Shown piece by piece: positions 61,233 to 64,000 of a stretch of DNA of 64,000 nt. The translations under genes and the position numbers were made by a program. Origin of the DNA: Squalus acanthias (taxonomy: Eukaryota); NCBI GenBank assembly GCA_030390025.1, contig JASTWF010000033.1, positions 2,668,001 through 2,732,000 on the forward strand, written 5' to 3'. The notes under the pieces are model-generated. The model made no database searches. It was not told the origin of the DNA and saw only the letters and a program-made list of their open reading frames with translations. Every line of letters starts with the position of its first letter. Position 1 is the stretch's first letter.

Positions 61233-63290
61233 ATGGAATATCCAGTAATGCTTCAGATACAATTAATTTTCTATCCTGTGATTTCAGCCGCTGGAGTTCC
61301 TGGTAAGCCGTTATCTCAGCTGTCAATGCTGTAAATCGGTGTTAACTGTGCTGCTGTTCATGGTAATGTTTTTCTCCCTGCATGTTTTCCACTGCCGCCT
61401 GTTCTGTTCCAGCAGTTGAATGAGGGGATGTCTTCAGTCTCTGCTCTTGTGGTCTTGTCGGAGTTTCATTATATCTGTAATGATCGTTGTGTATCCAACC
61501 CTGGCATTGTTACTGGATCATTCCCTGTACTGAATGTATTGGAATCAGGTTAATCAATAGTCTGGGCGAAAAGCAGGTATCAGACCATCAGGAGCTGTTA
61601 ACAGTTTAGGTTTTGGGATTAACCTGTCCTGGAATATTTTTTCATAAATGTGATTTCAGTGATTGATAATGAGAGAGCTCACGGTTTCAGTGTTACAAGG
61701 AGGCAGCGCAATGTCCTCCCTCCCCAGTAACATGGTTCAGTTTAACTGGAATTTCAATGTGTGTGTTGGTTATCACTGTTTTGAAATATTATTTCACTGT
61801 GTGTGTTCCTGACCCCCATCAGAGGTCTGACGACTGAACTGAGTTTGCCGCTGACACCTTCACATCTCCTTCTCCTTCAGTGTGGATGGATTCACTGACT
61901 GTCACTGGACTTCAGTGTAAAATGTAATGTTTTGAGGTGATGTTGTTTCAATCTGCAATGTATCTGTGGGAATTAGCAGCCCTTCTATTGATCTGGAGAT
62001 TGTAGTAGCAGCGGTGAGGTTGCTGTTTTGTTAATTTAGCAACCCCGCCATCTAACGCTGCACTTTATAATTACAGGAGAAGGGACTTCATACATTGTAA
62101 GGACTGTCTGGCAGAGACATTCGATTCTGCTTATTGTATGCAATGCAAATCAATGTAGGTGAACAGGTGGAGACTTGTGTGATCTGTAGGAACAATAAAC
62201 TATTCACAGAGACGTCAGCATTGAACACAATGACTCTCAAAATGCAATCATTGAACACGGGGATAGTGAACAGAAAGCAGGCGCAGCATGTTAGGATTAA
62301 ATGAAAAAAAGCCATTGAGGAAGACATTGGAGACTCGCGGGAGAGCTAGAGAGGAGCGATCGAGAAAGAGTCTGAGAAGTAAAACTAGAGGGAGGGGTGA
62401 GGAAAGAGAGAGAGTGTTCGAGAGAGAGAGAGAGAGATTACAAAGGAAGCCATAAGATATACGGCACAGAAAAATGCCATTCGGCCCAACCAGTTCATGC
62501 TGGCATTTATGCTCGACTCGAGCCTCCTCCCGTCTTTACTCATCTAACTCTATCAGCTCCTGACTCTCCTCCAGCTGCCATATTTCCTTTTTCTTCTCCC
62601 ACTCCAAATCTCACTCACTGGCCCGACCTCCAGCTGCCTCCTCCCGTTAAGTGCCAGCCCCTGTCGGCTCTCTTAACCCAGAGCAAAAACCACCTTCACA
62701 TCACGTCTGTACCCAAACCCCGCCTGCCTTCACTCTGGAGCCCAAATCCGGTTTTATTACATTGGATTCTGACTCCCCAAAGCCCTGCTCCCTTCCACAC
62801 CGGCACTGCGCCGTCACTCCGCCCTTCCAGTGCATCCGGTGCTCACTTTATTCACTGTCTGTATCGAACTCCCAATTCATTCTCCATAAATGTGTTGCAA
62901 ACATTTCTCTGCCCGAAAGCGCTGCCCAGGTCCAGGAATCAGTTACCACCGTTCGATGCAGCAACAAAGCTGGAAATTTCAGCCCAGATGCTGTCAAACT
63001 GTTGACTTGGCTCCAGGTCTGATCACTAATTTCTCAGCTTCCCTTTTTCTCTCTTACAGTTAACTTGGTGGCGATTGTGATCCTGTCCCGAGGAAAGTGC
63101 GGTCTCTCCAAATGCATCACTCGCTACCTGGTGGGAATGGCAGCAGCCGATCTCCTGGTCGTCATGACTGATCCCATATTGAGGTCGTCTACCTGATATA
63201 TTTCCCAGATTCATTCCTGAACATTACTCCGCTGTATACTCTCACACTCTTCCTGATTTTTGCTACAACGATGGTTTATGTCTGGTTCAT
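61233..63290 (+). pseudogene. GPR139/GPR142-like GPCR pseudogene (exon 1 61233-61302; exon 2 from 63060, frameshifted and cut by a CR1)
   Basis: Exon 1 MEYPVMLQIQLIFYPVISAAGVP + GTAAG. Acceptor CTCTTACAG ends at 63059. Exon 2 reads VNLVAIVILSRGKCGLSKCITRYLVGMAAADLLVV, then TGA at 63194-63196 after a frameshift; the shifted frame continues IYFPDSFLNITP...VW until the CR1 tail at about 63288. Confidence 0.9.
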
Positions 63291-64000
63291 AGAAACATCG
63301 AAGATAGGAGCAGGAGTAGGCCATTTGGCCCCACGAGCCTGCTCCGCATTTAATGAGATCATGGCTGATCATCCAAATTCAGTACCCTGTCACTGTTTTC
63401 TCCCCATATTCCTTGATCCCTTTAGCCTTAAGAAATATATCTAACTCCTTCTTGAATATATTTAATGAATTGGCCTCAACTGCCTTCTGTGAAAGAGAAT
63501 TCCACAGGTTCAGCACTCTCTGGGTGAAGAAATTCCGCCTCATCTCAGTCCTAAATGGCTTAACACTTATCCTTAGACTGTGACCCCTGGTTCTGGACAC
63601 CCCCGCCATGGGAAACATCCTTCAAGCATCTAGTCTGTCTAGCCCAGTTAGAATTTTAAAAGTTTCAATGAGATCCCCTCTCATTCTTCTAAACTCCAGC
63701 GAATATAAGCCTAATCGACCTAAACTCTCCTCATACGTCATTCCTGCCATCCCAGGTATCAGCCTTGTGAATCTTCGCTGTACTCTCTACATGGCAAGAA
63801 CATCCTTCGTCAGATAAGTTGACCAAAACTTCACACAATACTCAAGCTGTAGTCTGACCAAGGCGCTGTACAACTGCAGCAAGACATTCTTGCACCTGTA
63901 CTCGAATCCTCTCGCTATGAAGGCCAACATACTATTTGCCTTCTTAACCGCCTGCTGCACCTGCATGCTTACCTTCAGCGAATGCTGCGCAAGGACACCA
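63288..64000 (-). mobile_element. CR1 3' end inserted into GPCR exon 2; same subfamily as 15043-19501
   Basis: ORF 63379..63618 is nearly identical to 15143..15382 (MFPMAG.SRTRGHSL...WNSL). Confidence 0.92.

Overview
Vertebrate genomic DNA, very likely from a cartilaginous fish (inferred from the CR1/L2/Penelope/Deu-SINE repeat content and the GPCR family). The window holds part of a cluster of two-exon, class A orphan GPCR genes of the GPR139/GPR142-like type. One is intact (minus strand, exons 20707-20638 and 13778-12880, 322 aa). Three are defective: a frameshifted exon 2 at 2391-3291, an orphan exon 1 with a stop at 38532-38601, and a frameshifted, CR1-disrupted gene at 61233-63290. The rest is mostly retroelements. 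These are many CR1 and L2 LINEs; a full-length Ty3/Gypsy element (194-bp LTRs, 5-bp TSD, open 1316-aa gag-pol) whose primer-binding position is complementary to its own LTR instead of a tRNA, suggesting self-priming; a Penelope element with inverted ends each carrying a hammerhead ribozyme motif; a tRNA-headed SINE; and a decayed endogenous-virus env gene plus LTR whose fusion protein is laid out like a paramyxo/pneumovirus F protein. Three large tandem arrays (42-bp, 24/30-bp, 34/35-bp units) lie between the divergent GPCR promoters, and two of them appear to derive from the same CR1 ORF2 segment. All alignments were done by eye. Boundaries of degraded repeats are approximate.
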